Assembly (NCBI GenBank): GCA_038087875.1 | Contig: CM075990.1 | Coordinates: 12,712,001 to 12,776,000 of the forward strand | Direction: 5' to 3' | DNA: 64,000 nucleotides | Origin: Malacoraja senta | Lineage: Eukaryota | Shown: one piece after another, positions 1 through 13,088 of the stretch | Numbering within the stretch: position 1 is the stretch's first letter | Layout: each line of letters begins with the position of its first letter | Made by a program: the position numbers and the translations under genes | Notes under the pieces: model-generated | Database searches by the model: none | What the model saw: the letters and a program-made list of their open reading frames with translations, nothing else | What the model was told of the DNA's origin: nothing

Positions 1-67
1 AAGATAGATCGGGTAGATGCACAGAGTCTCTTGCCCAGAGCAGGTGAATCAAGGACCAGATGACATA

Positions 68-1663
68 CAGTGGCTTGCAAAAGTTTTCATACCCCTTAAA
101 CTTTTCCACATTTTGTCACGTTACAACCACAAACGTAAATGTATTTTATTGGGATTTTATGTGATAGACCAACACAAAGTGGTGCATAATTGTGAAGTGG
201 AAGGAAAATGATACATGGTTTTCAAACTTTTTTACAAATAAAAAACTGAAAAGTGTGGCGTGCAAAAGTATTCAGCCCCCCTGAGTCAATACTTTGTAGA
301 ACCACCTTTTGCTGCAATTACAGCTGCAAGTCTTTTGGGGTATGTCTCTACCAGCTTTGCACATCTAGAGACTGACATTTTTGCCCATTCTTCTTTGCAA
401 AATAACTCAAGCTCAGTCAGATTGGATGGAGAGCATCTGTGAACAGCAATTTTCAAGTCTTGCCAGAGATTCTCAATTGGATTTAGGTCTGGAATTTGAC
501 TGGGCCATTCTAACACATGAATATGCTTTGATCTAAACCATTCCATTGTAGCTCTGGCTGTATGTTTAGGGTCGTTGCCCTGCTGGAAGGTGAACCTCCG
601 CCCCAGTCTCAAGTCTTTTGCAGACTCTAACAGGTTTTCTTCCAAGATTGCCCTGTATTTGGCTCTATCCATCTTCCCATCAACTCTGACCAGCTTCCCT
701 GTCCCTGCTGAAGAAAAGCATCCCCACAGCATGATGCTGCCACCACCATGTTTCACAGTGGGGATGGTGTGTTCAGGGTGATGTGCAGTGTTAGTTTTCC
801 GCCACACATAGCGTTTTGCATTTAGGCCAAAAACTTCAATTTTGGTCTCATCTGACCAGAGCACCTTCCTCCACGTTTGCTGTCCCACACATGACTTGTG
901 GCAAACTGCAAACGGGACTTCTTATGGCTTTCTTCTTGCCACTCTTCCATAAAGGCCCGATTTGTGGAGTGCACGACTAATAGTTGTCCTGTGGACAGAT
1001 TCTCCCACCTGAGCTGTGGATCTCTGCAGCTCCTCCAGAGTTACCATGGGCCTCTTGGCTGCTTCTCTGATCAATGCTCTCCTTGCCCGGCCTGTCAGTT
1101 TAGGTGGATGGCCATGTCTTGGTAGGTTTGCAGTTGTGCCATACTCTTTCCATTTTCGGATGATGGATTGAACAGTGCTTCGTGAGATGTTCAAAGCTTG
1201 AGATATTTTTTTATAACCTAACCCTGCTTTAAACTTCTCCACAACTTTATCCCTGACCTGTCTGGTGTGTTCCTTGGGTTTAATGATGCTGTTTGTTCAC
1301 TAATGTTTTCTAACAAACCTCTGAGGCCTTCACAGAACAGCTGTATTTATACTGAGATTAGATTACACACAAGTGGACTCTATTTACTAATTAGGTGACT
1401 TCTAAAGGCAATTGGTTGCACTGGATTGTATTTAGGGGTATCAGAGTAAAGGGGTCTGATTACTTTTGCACGCCACACTTGTCAGTTTTTTATTTGTAAA
1501 AAAATTTGAAAACCATGTATCATTTTCCTTCCACTTCACAATTATGCGCCACTTTGTGTTGGTCTATCACATAAAATCCCAATAAAATACATTTACGTTT
1601 GTGGTTGTAACGTGACAAAATGTGGAAAAGTTCAAGGGGTATGAATACTTTTGCAAGCCACTG
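68..1663 (-). mobile_element. Tc1/mariner DNA transposon, full length, long IR/DR-type terminal inverted repeats, defective
   Basis: About 213-bp inverted repeats at 68-280 and 1451-1663, starting CAGTGGCTTGCAAAAG. Each contains an internal repeat of TGCAAAAGTA/T. TA target duplication at 66-67 and 1664-1665. Confidence 0.96.
286..1284 (-). pseudogene. Tc1-type DD34E transposase, disrupted
   Basis: ORF 922-1242 encodes the HTH region (GYKKISQAL...), and ORF 286-888 encodes WSDETK...FQQGNDPKH...PDLNPIENLW. The two are in different frames. The expected start reads ATT at 1284-1282, and the second catalytic D (normally QQDND) is G. Confidence 0.93.
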
Positions 1664-2164
1664 TAGGTTTAAGGTGAAGGGGAAAAGATTGAATAAGAAT
1701 CTGAGGGGTAGCTTTTTCACACAAATGGTGGGGGGTGTATGGAACAAGCTGCCAGAGGAGGTAGTTGAGGCAGGGAAAATCCCAACATTTAAGAAACAGT
1801 TAGGGTACATGGATAGGACAGGTTTGGAGGGATATGGACCAAACGCAGGTGGGACTAGTGCAGCTGGGACATGTTGGCCGTTGTGGGCAAGTTGGGCCGA
1901 AGGACCTGTTTCCACACTGTATCACTCAATGACTATTTCTATGAGAACAAGGTAGACCTGACTGCTGGCCTAAGTAGGTCTACGAAATAGTATGCCTTGT
2001 GATGAATAATCTATTTAAAAGAATAGAGAGAAGCCGAGGATGTGTTGAAAGAATGAAAGAATAGGAAAGCCCTTCCTCCCCTCCGTCAATTTCTCCAGTA
2101 CATGGAAAAAATGATGAGTCGGCTTATTGACATCTAACAAATGCTCCACCTTCTTACACTATAC

Positions 2165-2311
2165 CTTTCCAATTTGTTCCAGTTCTTCCCTCAGGTCTTC
2201 GACATCCACACGGCCATCTTTGTGGACATTTAGCTTTTTGTAAAGATGTTCCCACAAAACGTTCACGTTTTTCGGCTCACCATAAAAGATGTCTTTGAAA
2301 CACGGCAACAT
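2165..2311 (-). CDS. Probable first coding exon of an EF-hand calcium-binding mitochondrial carrier (SCaMC, SLC25A23/24/25-like); gene continues off the left edge
   Basis: Acceptor ttttgtgtttcag, exon starting 2322; ATG at 2311; 49 codons MLPCFKDIF...WEHLYKKLNVHKDGRVDVEDLREELEQIGK; phase-0 donor AAG|gtatag. Resembles the recalled SCaMC-1 first EF-hand exon ([25 protein letters not shown]). Only one exon is visible. Confidence 0.6.
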
Positions 2312-4429
2312 TGTGATGACTCCTGAAACACAAAAGAACCATTCAAACTCTACCAATTTTGAATGAAAGCTACAAGCAGTTGCTTTATTTTTTTGTTCAT
2401 CTATGCACCATGTTAATCAGAAAATGAGTCAAAAAAGTCAATAGCGCTTTAACTTAATAATCATATAGCAGTTTACGGGCAAGAAACTCAGGGTCATGAT
2501 TGCGCATCTCGTAAATTAAATGCGTGTGGGAGCTTTGAACTCATCACTAGTTTCATCCATTCTCAAACCACAAAAAATGGCACACAACGAATAACTGAAA
2601 TTCAAGAGAGGTATAGGAAAGCAGGCATTATGTCACTCTTTCTGATCAATTGTAATAACCTTTTATGGATATCTGCTGTATCAGCTGGACTTACTTGCCT
2701 CACCTTCAGGTCAAAAGGATGCAAGTTCCAAGACCACCTCCATTCTCATGCAACACTTGGTGTACAGTGCACCACCAAAGGCTTCAGTTTAGCACAGGTG
2801 GGTACAAGGGCCTACAATGAGAGCAGGTGGTTACTTTCACGTTCTAGAAAAATCAAATGGATTAGATTTCATCTGAACAATCCCAGTCCCATTTTTCCGA
2901 CCCCGCCCCTCTCTGAGTTTTGAAAATTAGAGCAGAAAACTGATATTCCATTAACTGAATTTTCCGTTGCTTTTTCACGAACCACTCAAATTATAGTTTC
3001 CTCGAGAAACGATAGCAATGCGAAGATGCATCAACTCCAACACCAACAAACTCCTTCAGTCTTTACTTCAAAATCAGAAGGCAATGCAACTCTTACACAT
3101 TTACAATTTAGGCAGGTCTAAAGAAAAAAGGACATAAGCAGACGGAAAAGAATGATGACTCCTTTTAAAAAGTCAATGAGGAAAACCGAAAGGAATTTTT
3201 TTTTTAAACACAGATTAATTGCACAGTATTGTCCAATGAGTTGGAGATGAGTTGGGATGGATTACTTATGGAAAATAGTCTATTATACATCAAGGTCAGA
3301 CTGAGGAAACAGAAGCAACAGCAAGGGTAATTTCTCCAGTAAAATACATAGTGGAGTAAAGGATTACCTGCATAACTTCAATGACAGTCAATGACAATCA
3401 CCAGAATTAATAGGAAGATTGGTATTTTAAATGGTGGATTTAAAGTCCAGAAAATGTTATACAAAACTCTCACAAATTTGTCAGCGCCAAAACATGATGG
3501 CACTTGTGTATACTTGCCTAGATTGTATGCAAAACAAAGCATTTCACTGTACCTGGGTACATGTGACAATGAAGTATCATTCATTGCTCAATTGAAGGTG
3601 GGAAGCAATAACGCAAGAATAATGGACAGTGCGGTTTTAACATTTGACATTATAACAAGGTTGCCAACGCAGCAGATAAGACACAAAAGGCTAGAGTAAC
3701 TAACGGGTCAGACAGCATCTCTGGAGGACATTGCCGCACGTTGCTCAGGAGTCACCAGGAAATGAAAATTAATCCATGTGGTAATTGTAAAGAGAAGCTG
3801 AAGATCATACCAACTTTAAAAAGGTTTAAAAATACCAAATGTTGTTTGACCAAGAGCAAATTCGGTAGCGGAGTCTATCCGTGTTCCAAATAGCTTGGAA
3901 AGGCAGAGGGGGTTAGTATGGACATATTGAGCAAGAGAATAAGATGAAACAGCTGAGGTGATGAAACCTCCAGGATTACAGCTGCCGGATTGGGCAGCCC
4001 CACATAAAACCCATGCACTTTAATATGTTGACATATAGGTTGATGTGCACTGGAATGAAAGGATTAAATAGCTAATCAGCTGCTCGGAATAGCATTTTTT
4101 GATATAATCCATAGTTATTAAAGCCCAAAACTTATCAAATATTCCATGGTGAATTACCATACCAGAAAATCTGGAATCCTTTCTTAGCAATGTAGTCAAT
4201 AATGTGCTTGATGCCATGATATTTATTTATATTTGCTAGAATGCTAAATATCTTACCAACTGATGTAATAGTGACATCACAAAGGATTCAACCAAAATAT
4301 TACTGTTCAGAGAGGGGGTGGAAAAAAAATCAAGCGTCATTTAATCCATACTAAACTTATTATTTAGTGTGGCATGCTAGGCTCCAATGTTCACCATTCT
4401 TATATCAGTGTCATACGTTCTCAAGTTAC

Positions 4430-4980
4430 AGGAGTAAAATTACGCCATTCGGCCCATCAAGTTCACTCTGCCATGCAATCATGGCTGATCTCTGCCTCCG
4501 AATCCCATTTTCCTGCATTCTCCCCATAATCCTTGGCACCCGTTCTAACCAAGAATGTGTCTATCTCTGCCTTAAAAATATCCACCTACAGCCTCCACAG
4601 CCGTCTGTGGCAATATGTTCCACAGATTAACTACCCTCTGACTAAAGAAGTTCCTCCTCACCTCCGCCCTATAATTCTGAGACTATGACCTCTGGTCCTA
4701 GACTCTCCCATCAGTGGAAACATCCTTTCCACTTCCACTCTATCCATGCCTTTCATTATTCAGTAAGTTTCAATGAGGTTCCCCCTCAACCTTCTAAACT
4801 CCAGCGAGTAGAGGCCCAGTGCTCATCATATGCTAACCCACTCATTCCTGGAATCATTCTTATAAACCTCCTCTGAACCCTCTCTAGAGCCAGCACATCC
4901 TTCCTCAGATATGGGGGCCAAATTTGCTCACAGTACTCCAAATGTAGCCTGACCAGCGCCTTATAGAGCCTCAGCATTAC
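4430..4980 (-). mobile_element. CR1-type LINE 3' fragment
   Basis: ORF 4786-4977 reads LYKALVRLHLEYCEQIW...LERVQRRFIRMIPGM, typical of the CR1 ORF2 C-terminus. Confidence 0.88.
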
Positions 4981-6039
4981 ATCTCAGCCAGTGATGGCTG
5001 CAATAGTTCGATGGTTAGCACTACCATTAAAAGATGGTAGGTTCAAGCACCTCTATAAGGTAATGGGCAGCTGTCAAATGACACTGCAATCCGGTAGCAA
5101 GGTGCCGCTGCATATTTAAAGTACCAGTCTTCAGTATTTAATCTACATTAAATCAAAGTTCTATGTTAACCCTCTGTTCAGTGACCGATATTCCACAACC
5201 ATTACCATTTTCACACAAAGGGTGGTGGGTGTATTGAACGAGCTGCCAGAGGAGGTAGTTGAGGCAGGGACAATCCCAACGTTTAAGAAACAGTTAGACG
5301 GGTACATGGAAAGGACAGGTTTGGAGGGATATGGACCATAGGTGGGACTAGTGTAGCTGGGACATTTTGGCTGGTGTGGGCAGGTTGGGCCGAAGTTTCC
5401 ACACTGTATCACTCTATGACTCCATTACCCAACAGAAGATGGGTTTCTCACATTCCGTGCTGGAGGAACTCTGCGGATCAGGTAGCATCCGTGGTAGGTA
5501 AGGATAGACGACGTTCGGGACAAGATCATCTTCAGCATCTGTAGTTCCTTGTGTCTCCTTTTAACATTCTTCCCTGCCTTTACCAATAAAAACATTGAAC
5601 CCAAACACAATATCGCACCTTAGCAATTAAACATTGACCTAGAGTACAGAAATATAAAGATGTTGTAACTTTTAAAGACATTTATAGAGACCTAACAGAA
5701 AACCTAGGATGTTAATGTCATGGCGATTTTCCTCCAAAAAACACATTATTCTTTATTCGTTATTCCTTCCCAAAGATTCTTGTTGAACCCAATAACTAAT
5801 TCCAACACTTCAGCAAATTACTTCAGTAAAAATTACAATAACGTTTATTATTTTCTAACAAAAGTCCGCACAAGAAACGCAAAGTGTTTAGCCTTGAGAT
5901 AGTTTGATATCATGCCTATGTGGACTATTCCAAATGTTTGATTATTGGACTCCTCTAAGTGCAAATATCAGGTCTAACTTGCAACACTTGTCTGCAGAAA
6001 ATATTCTAATAGTAATATTAGATTATTATTATTATTATT

Positions 6040-6620
6040 AGTGTCATATGTACCGAGGTACAATGAAAAGCTTTTTTTGTGGCGTGCTGTCCAGTCAGTG
6101 AAAAAACTATACATGATCCCAATCAAGCCGTCCACCATGTACAGATACAGGATAAAAGGGATTAATGTTCAGTGCAAGAGATAAAGTCCAGTAAAGTTCA
6201 ATTAAAGATAGTCTTCAATGAGGTAGATGGGAGGTCAGAAACACTCTCTAGCAGCTGATAGCATGGTTCAGATGCCTGATGACAGCCTGTAAGTAACTGT
6301 CCCTGAATCTGGAGATGTGCGTTTTCAAACTTCTATACCTCTTGCTCAATGGGAGAAGAGAGAAGAGGGAATGGCTGGGGTGAAACTGGACCTTGGTGGT
6401 GGCCTTGCCGAGGCAGCATCAAGGGTAGATGGAGTCAATGAAAGGGAGGTTGGTTTGCGCAATGGTCTGGGCTACATCCATTACTCTTTGCAATTTCTTG
6501 TGGTCTTGGATGGAGCTGTCCCAAACCATGCTGTGATGCATCCCTATACAATGATTTCCACAGCACATCTGTAGAAACTGGTGAGGGTTGCAGGGGACAT
6601 GCCGAGCTTCCTTCGCCATC
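6040..6620 (-). mobile_element. Degraded Rex1/Babar-like LINE 3' fragment with (TTA)n tail
   Basis: The minus-strand translation includes QDHKKLQRVMDVAQTI...LPFIDSIY. It is similar to the better-preserved copy at 31955-32745. Confidence 0.6.
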
Positions 6621-7316
6621 TAAATTGTCTTGAAAAACAAATCATAGAAAAACTGAAAATGTGTATTGTGCAAATACCAAGCAATTCAGCAAGAATATGG
6701 AACCGTCTAAATGATGCTGTACATTATAAATAGAAGGACAACACAGGCAAAAGTCACTATTTCTCATCTACTTTTAAAATCGCAATGGCCTTGGAATACA
6801 CTTTAAAACTTTATCTTATGTTCACTTAAAATGCACTCTGCTAAGCAAATAACAGGGACTCCATCTAGTGGTTCTATTTAGAGTGAGCAAAGCACACTCA
6901 AGTAGCTAAACTCAGCGACTCCATTTCACAAAATAAACAAATTAATATTTTCTTTATAGATTGTTCTTGACTCTGCAGCCCATTTCTGTTTGGACTTCCA
7001 TGCTAACAACACAATTTGTACAATCACTTAAGAACATCTCAAACGTTTCAGGACTGCATTGAAACAAGCTAATCTTTACCTTCCCCCAATAGCAGAATCC
7101 TTCAAATTGATTGTGTTTATGGTCCGGAGGCATCAAGTCGACAACATTGTACATGTGCAACAATTTCTCAAACTGCACACACATTGGTCCAAATGGTTGC
7201 AAATAATTGATCTTATTATTAAAGAAACAAGGTGCTGGAGTAACTCAGCAGGTCAGGCAGCATCTATGGAAACATGGATAGGTGACGTTTTGAGTCGGGA
7301 CCCTTTTTCAGACTAA

Positions 7317-8015
7317 AGGGGCTGTCCCACTGCGGCGACCTAATCCGCGAGTTCAGAAGAGTGTCTTTGACCTTCAAGCTCGAGGGCACTCGCCTGGAAA
7401 ACCTCGAGCTCGATCGGCCCTCAGAGTTGAAACTACGAGCTGGATCGACCGACACACACACACACACAAACACATCGCAAAGGCTGGGCCCAGGGAAAGC
7501 GGGGGAGTGCTGTCTGAAATTCACACCCGCGATGAAGAGGAAGGTAAAATACGGCTGCACAGTGTACGGTAAGTCTTTTAGAGAGCATGGGGGGGGGGGG
7601 GGGGGAGACACTTTTAAGTAGTCAGACAACGTTTAATAAAGTTTAGCGGGCATTTTACTTACCGGTCCCTTTTCCTTGGTCCTGAAAACTCCAATGAGCC
7701 AATTAAAATGCCCGGTCAGCTAGGGAGATTGCCTATGGCTGCCCTCGACTGCCTGTAACTACATAGCGACTCCAGCCCACTGCACTATGAGTTAAAAAGA
7801 ACCATGCCGACCAATTTTTACTCGCGGAAAATTTTTCAACATGCTGACAATTTTTCCGCGACCTAGCTGAGGCCGTGAGTATGCGGGAAATTCCCTCGAG
7901 CATGAAGGAGAGTTCCAGTGACCTCATAGGACCACGTGTCGACCATGCTGCAAGTTTGAATCGAGGGCAAACTCTTCTAAACTCGCGGATTAGGTCGCCG
8001 CAGTGGGACAGCCCC
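7317..8015. mobile_element. Non-autonomous TIR element (MITE), probably PIF/Harbinger-type
   Basis: About 45-bp inverted repeats: GGGGCTGTCCCACTGCGGCGACCTAATCCGCGAGTT.AGAAGAGT from 7318 and its reverse complement ending at 8015. TAA precedes the left end. No transposase motif inside. Inserted in a Penelope-like terminal repeat. The superfamily is inferred from the TAA site and G-rich terminus. Confidence 0.8.
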
Positions 8016-11000
8016 ACTGTGGCGACCTAAGGGCGAAAGGTGGAAAAGAGGTGGGGATGGGACAAAGCCTGGCAAGTGACAGGTAGATACAGGTAGATAC
8101 AGATGAGAGGGTCCTTTGACTGGCACTCGGTTGGACAAAGGCCACAGATGGGAAAAAAAAAGTAAGATAAGGATAGAAGGATAAGGATAGAAGAGGTTTG
8201 AATTGTGAAGCCAGAGGTGGTAGGGGGAAATTGGTGCGAATCCTGGTGGGGTACACGGAAGAGAGGTAAGAAAAGGGGAGCAGAGATTTGCGGTGTATGT
8301 AGGTCAGCTACTTAAAATCGGAGAATTCAATGCTCTGTGTTTTTTTGTAAACCAACATTTGCAGTTCCTTGCATCTTGATCTAACTGTTGTTTTGTTTAA
8401 TTCACATATTAATAAATAAATGGTTTCAAAACAGTTACAAAAATTGCAGCTACAGGAGAAATGTATGTAAAATTAAGATATAATTTAATTTAACCACAAT
8501 CTGGCAGGTTAGTTGGAGAGGGTAGTTTTAAAGAACAGCAAGAGATTTCACTGGAGAATACACGCACTCACACTACTTACTTTTTATCCTCCATGTGCTT
8601 TACTCAAAGGATAAGGAACATTTATGTCAATCATTTTACAGATATGATGCATTTGGATACAAAAGCAGTGACCCAAATGTTAGTATCAAATCAGAACATT
8701 ACACCACAGACTTCCATGATATTGCAATACCCTTAAAACTCACTTCCAAATGCATATTTTTCAATACAGACCAACTAGTTAAATGGACATCAGATTATTA
8801 AAAAAACAGGTATAATTTGCTACTCTCAAGCTTCACTTGTGTATCAAGATCAGACGAATCTGCCAATGCAAGCGACTTTTAAATATACCTAGTGCATTCA
8901 TAGCCAAGAATATTGTTTCATACTTTTGTAAAAGATTGGTCAAAAATACCAGGTTCAAGTCCATTCTTTGTTGCGCCATCACAAAGATGTAAGCAAAACA
9001 TTTTGCAACTCATACAAATGCGTAAAAGGTACTTTAACTTCTACTGTACCATATTAATCAGCTATACATTATCACAAAGGGGAAGCTGTGGAAATGAAGC
9101 AGCCAGCAATGGACCATTGGAAAAAGTACAAAGGAGATGAACTGACATGATGCACATTTTAGCTGTAAAAAAATATTGAACAGAGTAGGGCTCTGCTCTC
9201 ATTCTATCCATGAGATCTAATGGAACTTAAAAGTACGGCATATCAATGTAGGGAAGTCTCGAAGAGGCAAGTCCAATAGAGAATTGAAGTAGAAATCTTT
9301 ATTGGGGGAGAGAAAGCAATTTAAATGTGGGAAATGCTGTGGTGATTTGGTTTGGGGTGATTGGTATATGTGCATTTGTAGAGAAGGCTAAATAAACACA
9401 AGAAAAAAGAATATGGGTATAGGATGGGATCAGATGAAGCAGGATGGGACACGGCTTATATTAAGTAGCAACACCAGGACTAGGCATTATGATTAATAGC
9501 CTTCTGTTATAAATAGCATGCAGCCACGCTTATGAACCATGAAACCCTGTTCTCCTAGACATCCAAATGTTAATTTGTCAAAAAGACACAAAGTGCTGAA
9601 GTAATTCAGCGAGTCAGGTAGCATCTCTGGAGAATATGGATAGATGACATTTCGGGTCGGGACCCTTCTTCACACACTTGAGATATATTTGTGAGATATA
9701 TTTCACAACTAAATTCACAACATCCCAAACATCATAAATGTCTACAAAGATTTAGAACACCTCTGTAGGATAACACTGGAGAACCGCCAGTATTCTCAAC
9801 AGACACCAATGTTACACATATTTTGTCCAAAAGAGATCCAGGGAGGAGAGTTTGACCAAAGATCACAGGGGACTAATCATTGATTAGTAAGGGTGTCATG
9901 GGGTTATGGGGCGAAGGCAGAAGAATGGGGTTTAGAAAAGATAGATCAGCCATGATTAAATGGCGGAGTAGTCTTGATGGGCCGAATGGCCTGATTCTGC
10001 TCCCAGAACTTATGAAGGACAAGGCAACTTTTATGCATCCAATTAGCAGCATAGCTCAAGAAATGTGAACATCCAGTACCATCCTATGAAACCTGTCATC
10101 CAGGTATGAGTTATTAAATAATGATAGAAACTGCCACTTGCGCCCGAACAAGGAAGAAAACCATGCCAGTAATTTGCACAGGCAGGGAGGAAGAGGCAGC
10201 CGACAGCATTACACTTTCATATAAACCAGTGGCAGAATATGCCATGGCAATTGAAGATTTAGAAAACTAAACTGAGTGTGGGGGGGGGGGGGGGAGTAAA
10301 GTATTTGCTTTGCATTGTTCAAGGTAAAAAAATCATTTCATTCACTCCTTATTTTCAATATGCCATAACAAGTCGCCATTAATACAAATTATAAGTAATC
10401 CGAGTTGGGTGCAGCATTGTACCAGATTGTACAATGGTTGAACTAACCCACCAGTATCGTGAACAGATTCTGGAGAATTCCACCAGTTCAATACTTACAA
10501 CAGGATACAGACCATTTGTTCCAGATTACGTTTCAATCGCTTTCATATAAAATACCAAAAGTTCTCTTTTCAATACACCAAATGGACTTGACAAAAAATT
10601 GACACTGGCCGCTGCATCTTCAATGAGAATTTAGGAACTATTATAAACAATTAACGAAGATGCAATATACCAGATAAAAGATTTCATAATTTAGCAAGAC
10701 CATTTCTAAGCAATTACTTCACAAGACTGAGGTTCTGTCCATGGAAGGTCAGTGGTTGGAGGTGCAGGGAGAGCTGAAGCCTTGAGAGCCTTTTCGCACT
10801 CCACCTTGGTACTCATAGGACTGATCGAGAGGCTTTGCTCCAATGGTCACAGAACAGATTCAGACAGAGAAGGAACAACCCATTCAAACCCAAATTCAAA
10901 CACAACAGAAAGTTAAGCTTTCAAGCTACTTGTACAGCAAATATTTACTATTATTACAAAATAGTTAGTAATTGCAATGTATCTAGTCCAAATAGGTTAC

Positions 11001-11201
11001 TTGTAGCTGAGACTCTTGCCCATGTGTGCAGGTAAAAGAATGTTCTAATTCAACCACTCTTTGCTGTGGATTTTTCAGTGCAGAATAATAAAGACTCGCT
11101 CCATCAGTCCCATCAGTTGTCTAGTTCTTTGTCAATCGCTTGAACATCATCTACCCATGGATGGACATAGATCATTCATGACATCTTCAGTGTAGTGGAG
11201 G

Positions 11202-11233
11202 TCATCGCTTCTCCAATTTCTTAAATTTGGCTT
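11202..11233 (-). CDS. BLOC1S2: BLOC-1 subunit 2, exon 5 (terminal coding exon)
   Basis: Acceptor tttttctttttatag-like tract; encodes (E)AKFKKLEKR-TGA, matching the BLOC1S2 C-terminus. Confidence 0.95.
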
Positions 11234-11979
11234 CTATAAAAGAAAAAAAAATGCATGAGAATTTTGAGTTACAACTTAGAAAGGGCTGTAACAAAGATGT
11301 CAATTGTTGTCTATAATGGGTTTGTTGAAACGTGTATGCTCGCAGCAGGTTCAGTAATACAACATGATAAATCTGTTTCATGGACAAATAAACTATAGAC
11401 ATCCAACACATGAAAACATTAAATCTTTCGATTCTGATCTATAGTTTCCGGCTTTATCTTGTTCCCATTTAGAATAAAGGAGTCGTACTTCCTATTTTTC
11501 AATCTAATGGAACGTACTATGAATATCGGAAATTTAGGAAAATTAAAAACACATCCACCAACTCACTAGCCAATTCTCTTGAGACGAAAATTAAATCCAC
11601 CTGGAAACTTGTCAGTCCACAACTCTGATAATCTGTTCAGTAATATTTCCCTAGTGATGATATTTTTCATAGCTCCCCACTCTCAATTCCCAATTTATAA
11701 CTACTTTTCGGATGCTGTATAGTGAAGCCTAATGTAAAATACCCATTAAATGCATCTGTCATTTCCCTGTTTACCATTATTAATTCCCCAGGCCCACTTT
11801 CTATCACTCTAATTACTCACTTTGTTAGCTCTGCTTTTATTATATAGTTATACATTTCTGGCTAGCTATATTGAACACAGATACACAAATTCAAACTTCT
11901 ATGCTATTCTCGAAAAGTAGATATTCACTGAACTGCAAAGATTGGCAGATTGTTACAAACTAAAGGCATGAGTTCCCAC

Positions 11980-12084
11980 CTAGTTTCTTGGAGTATGCAT
12001 CCAATCTGTATGCTGCTTGTTCCAGTGCCGCTACTTGTTCTTCAATCTGACCGATCTGGTCAAGGTACGGTTGTAGGCTAGCAT
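11980..12084 (-). CDS. BLOC1S2: BLOC-1 subunit 2, exon 4 (105 nt)
   Basis: (Y)[38 protein letters not shown] boundaries, phase 1-1. Confidence 0.97.
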
Positions 12085-12968
12085 CTAGGATAAGGACCAT
12101 ACAGATCTTATTACCCACATGTCCCCTAACAAAACCAACATAAACAAATGTTATTGTGAAATAAACTGAAATGATTTGCAATCAACATCAATCCCCTACC
12201 CCCAATACCATGTGCTCTCATTTTGCACACTATCTCGTGTGGGACCCTGTCAAAGACTTTTTGAAAGTCCAGATACACCACTAGCTCTCCCTTATCCATT
12301 CTACTTGTTATATCCTCAAAAAATGCCAGAAGAGTAGTCAAGCATGATTTCCCCTTCATAAATCCATGCTGATATACCCAAGATTGTACTGTTAAGATCG
12401 TACAAACAATTGTATCATAAGGCTGCATTTTCCCACTTCCAATGGAGATTTACCTATAAACTAAAACAGGTGGTCACTGGATTAAATAAGGGTCCCATTC
12501 TTGAGAACTGTCCAATTTATTTGTAAGTCAGAAATGTCCTTTTTCTAAAGCAACCACCTCAATGTGAAGTTGAACATTGGAAGAACTAAATTTCTATGCT
12601 ACAAAATTCAATAAAGCCCAGATTAATGAAGGTATTGGGCTCAGCTCTGCAGATCCTCATTCATCTTGAGAATGCTGAGGACATTGTGCGCACCATCCAT
12701 ACAAATTGGTTTCAGCTCTGGCTTCCCCGTCTAGACGAATACAACATTCAGCTTTTGAAGTGGGGAAAAAACATCCAGTAATTAACTTGACTGTGTATTA
12801 ATCAAGAAACATCAAACAGTTGCTAATCTCAAAGAACTTCAAATAAGTAACTAAGATTCACTCAAACAAATCTCTATAGGGTCTGAAAAGTAGCTAAAGT
12901 GGTTACCAATTAAACAATGAATGATGTGTCCCTTTGCACGCCAGAACCTTGAAATGCCAACTACTCAC

Positions 12969-13088
12969 ATTTCTGATTTAGATCTTTGAGGTTGCGATTA
13001 ATATTAACAGCGATCTCCTTCATCTCAAGGTACTTAAGGCCAGTCACTTTGTTCATGTTCTCCAATAGTTTGTAATCTTCACAGGTAG
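12969..13088 (-). CDS. BLOC1S2: BLOC-1 subunit 2, exon 3 (120 nt)
   Basis: (A)TCEDYKLLENMNKVTGLKYLEMKEIAVNINRNLKDLNQK; acceptor tttacttag, donor gtgagt. Not in the ORF track; translated by hand. Confidence 0.97.

Larger units (their letters stand above)
1..1940 (+). mobile_element. CR1-type LINE 3' end, split by the Tc1 insertion (1-67 and 1666-1940)
   Basis: Joining the flanks restores GACCAGAtGACATAGGTTTAAGGTGAAGGGG, matching the uninterrupted minus-strand copy near 52140-52180. The translation has the CR1 C-terminal motif FFTQ.VGGVWNKLPEEVVEA. Confidence 0.88.
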
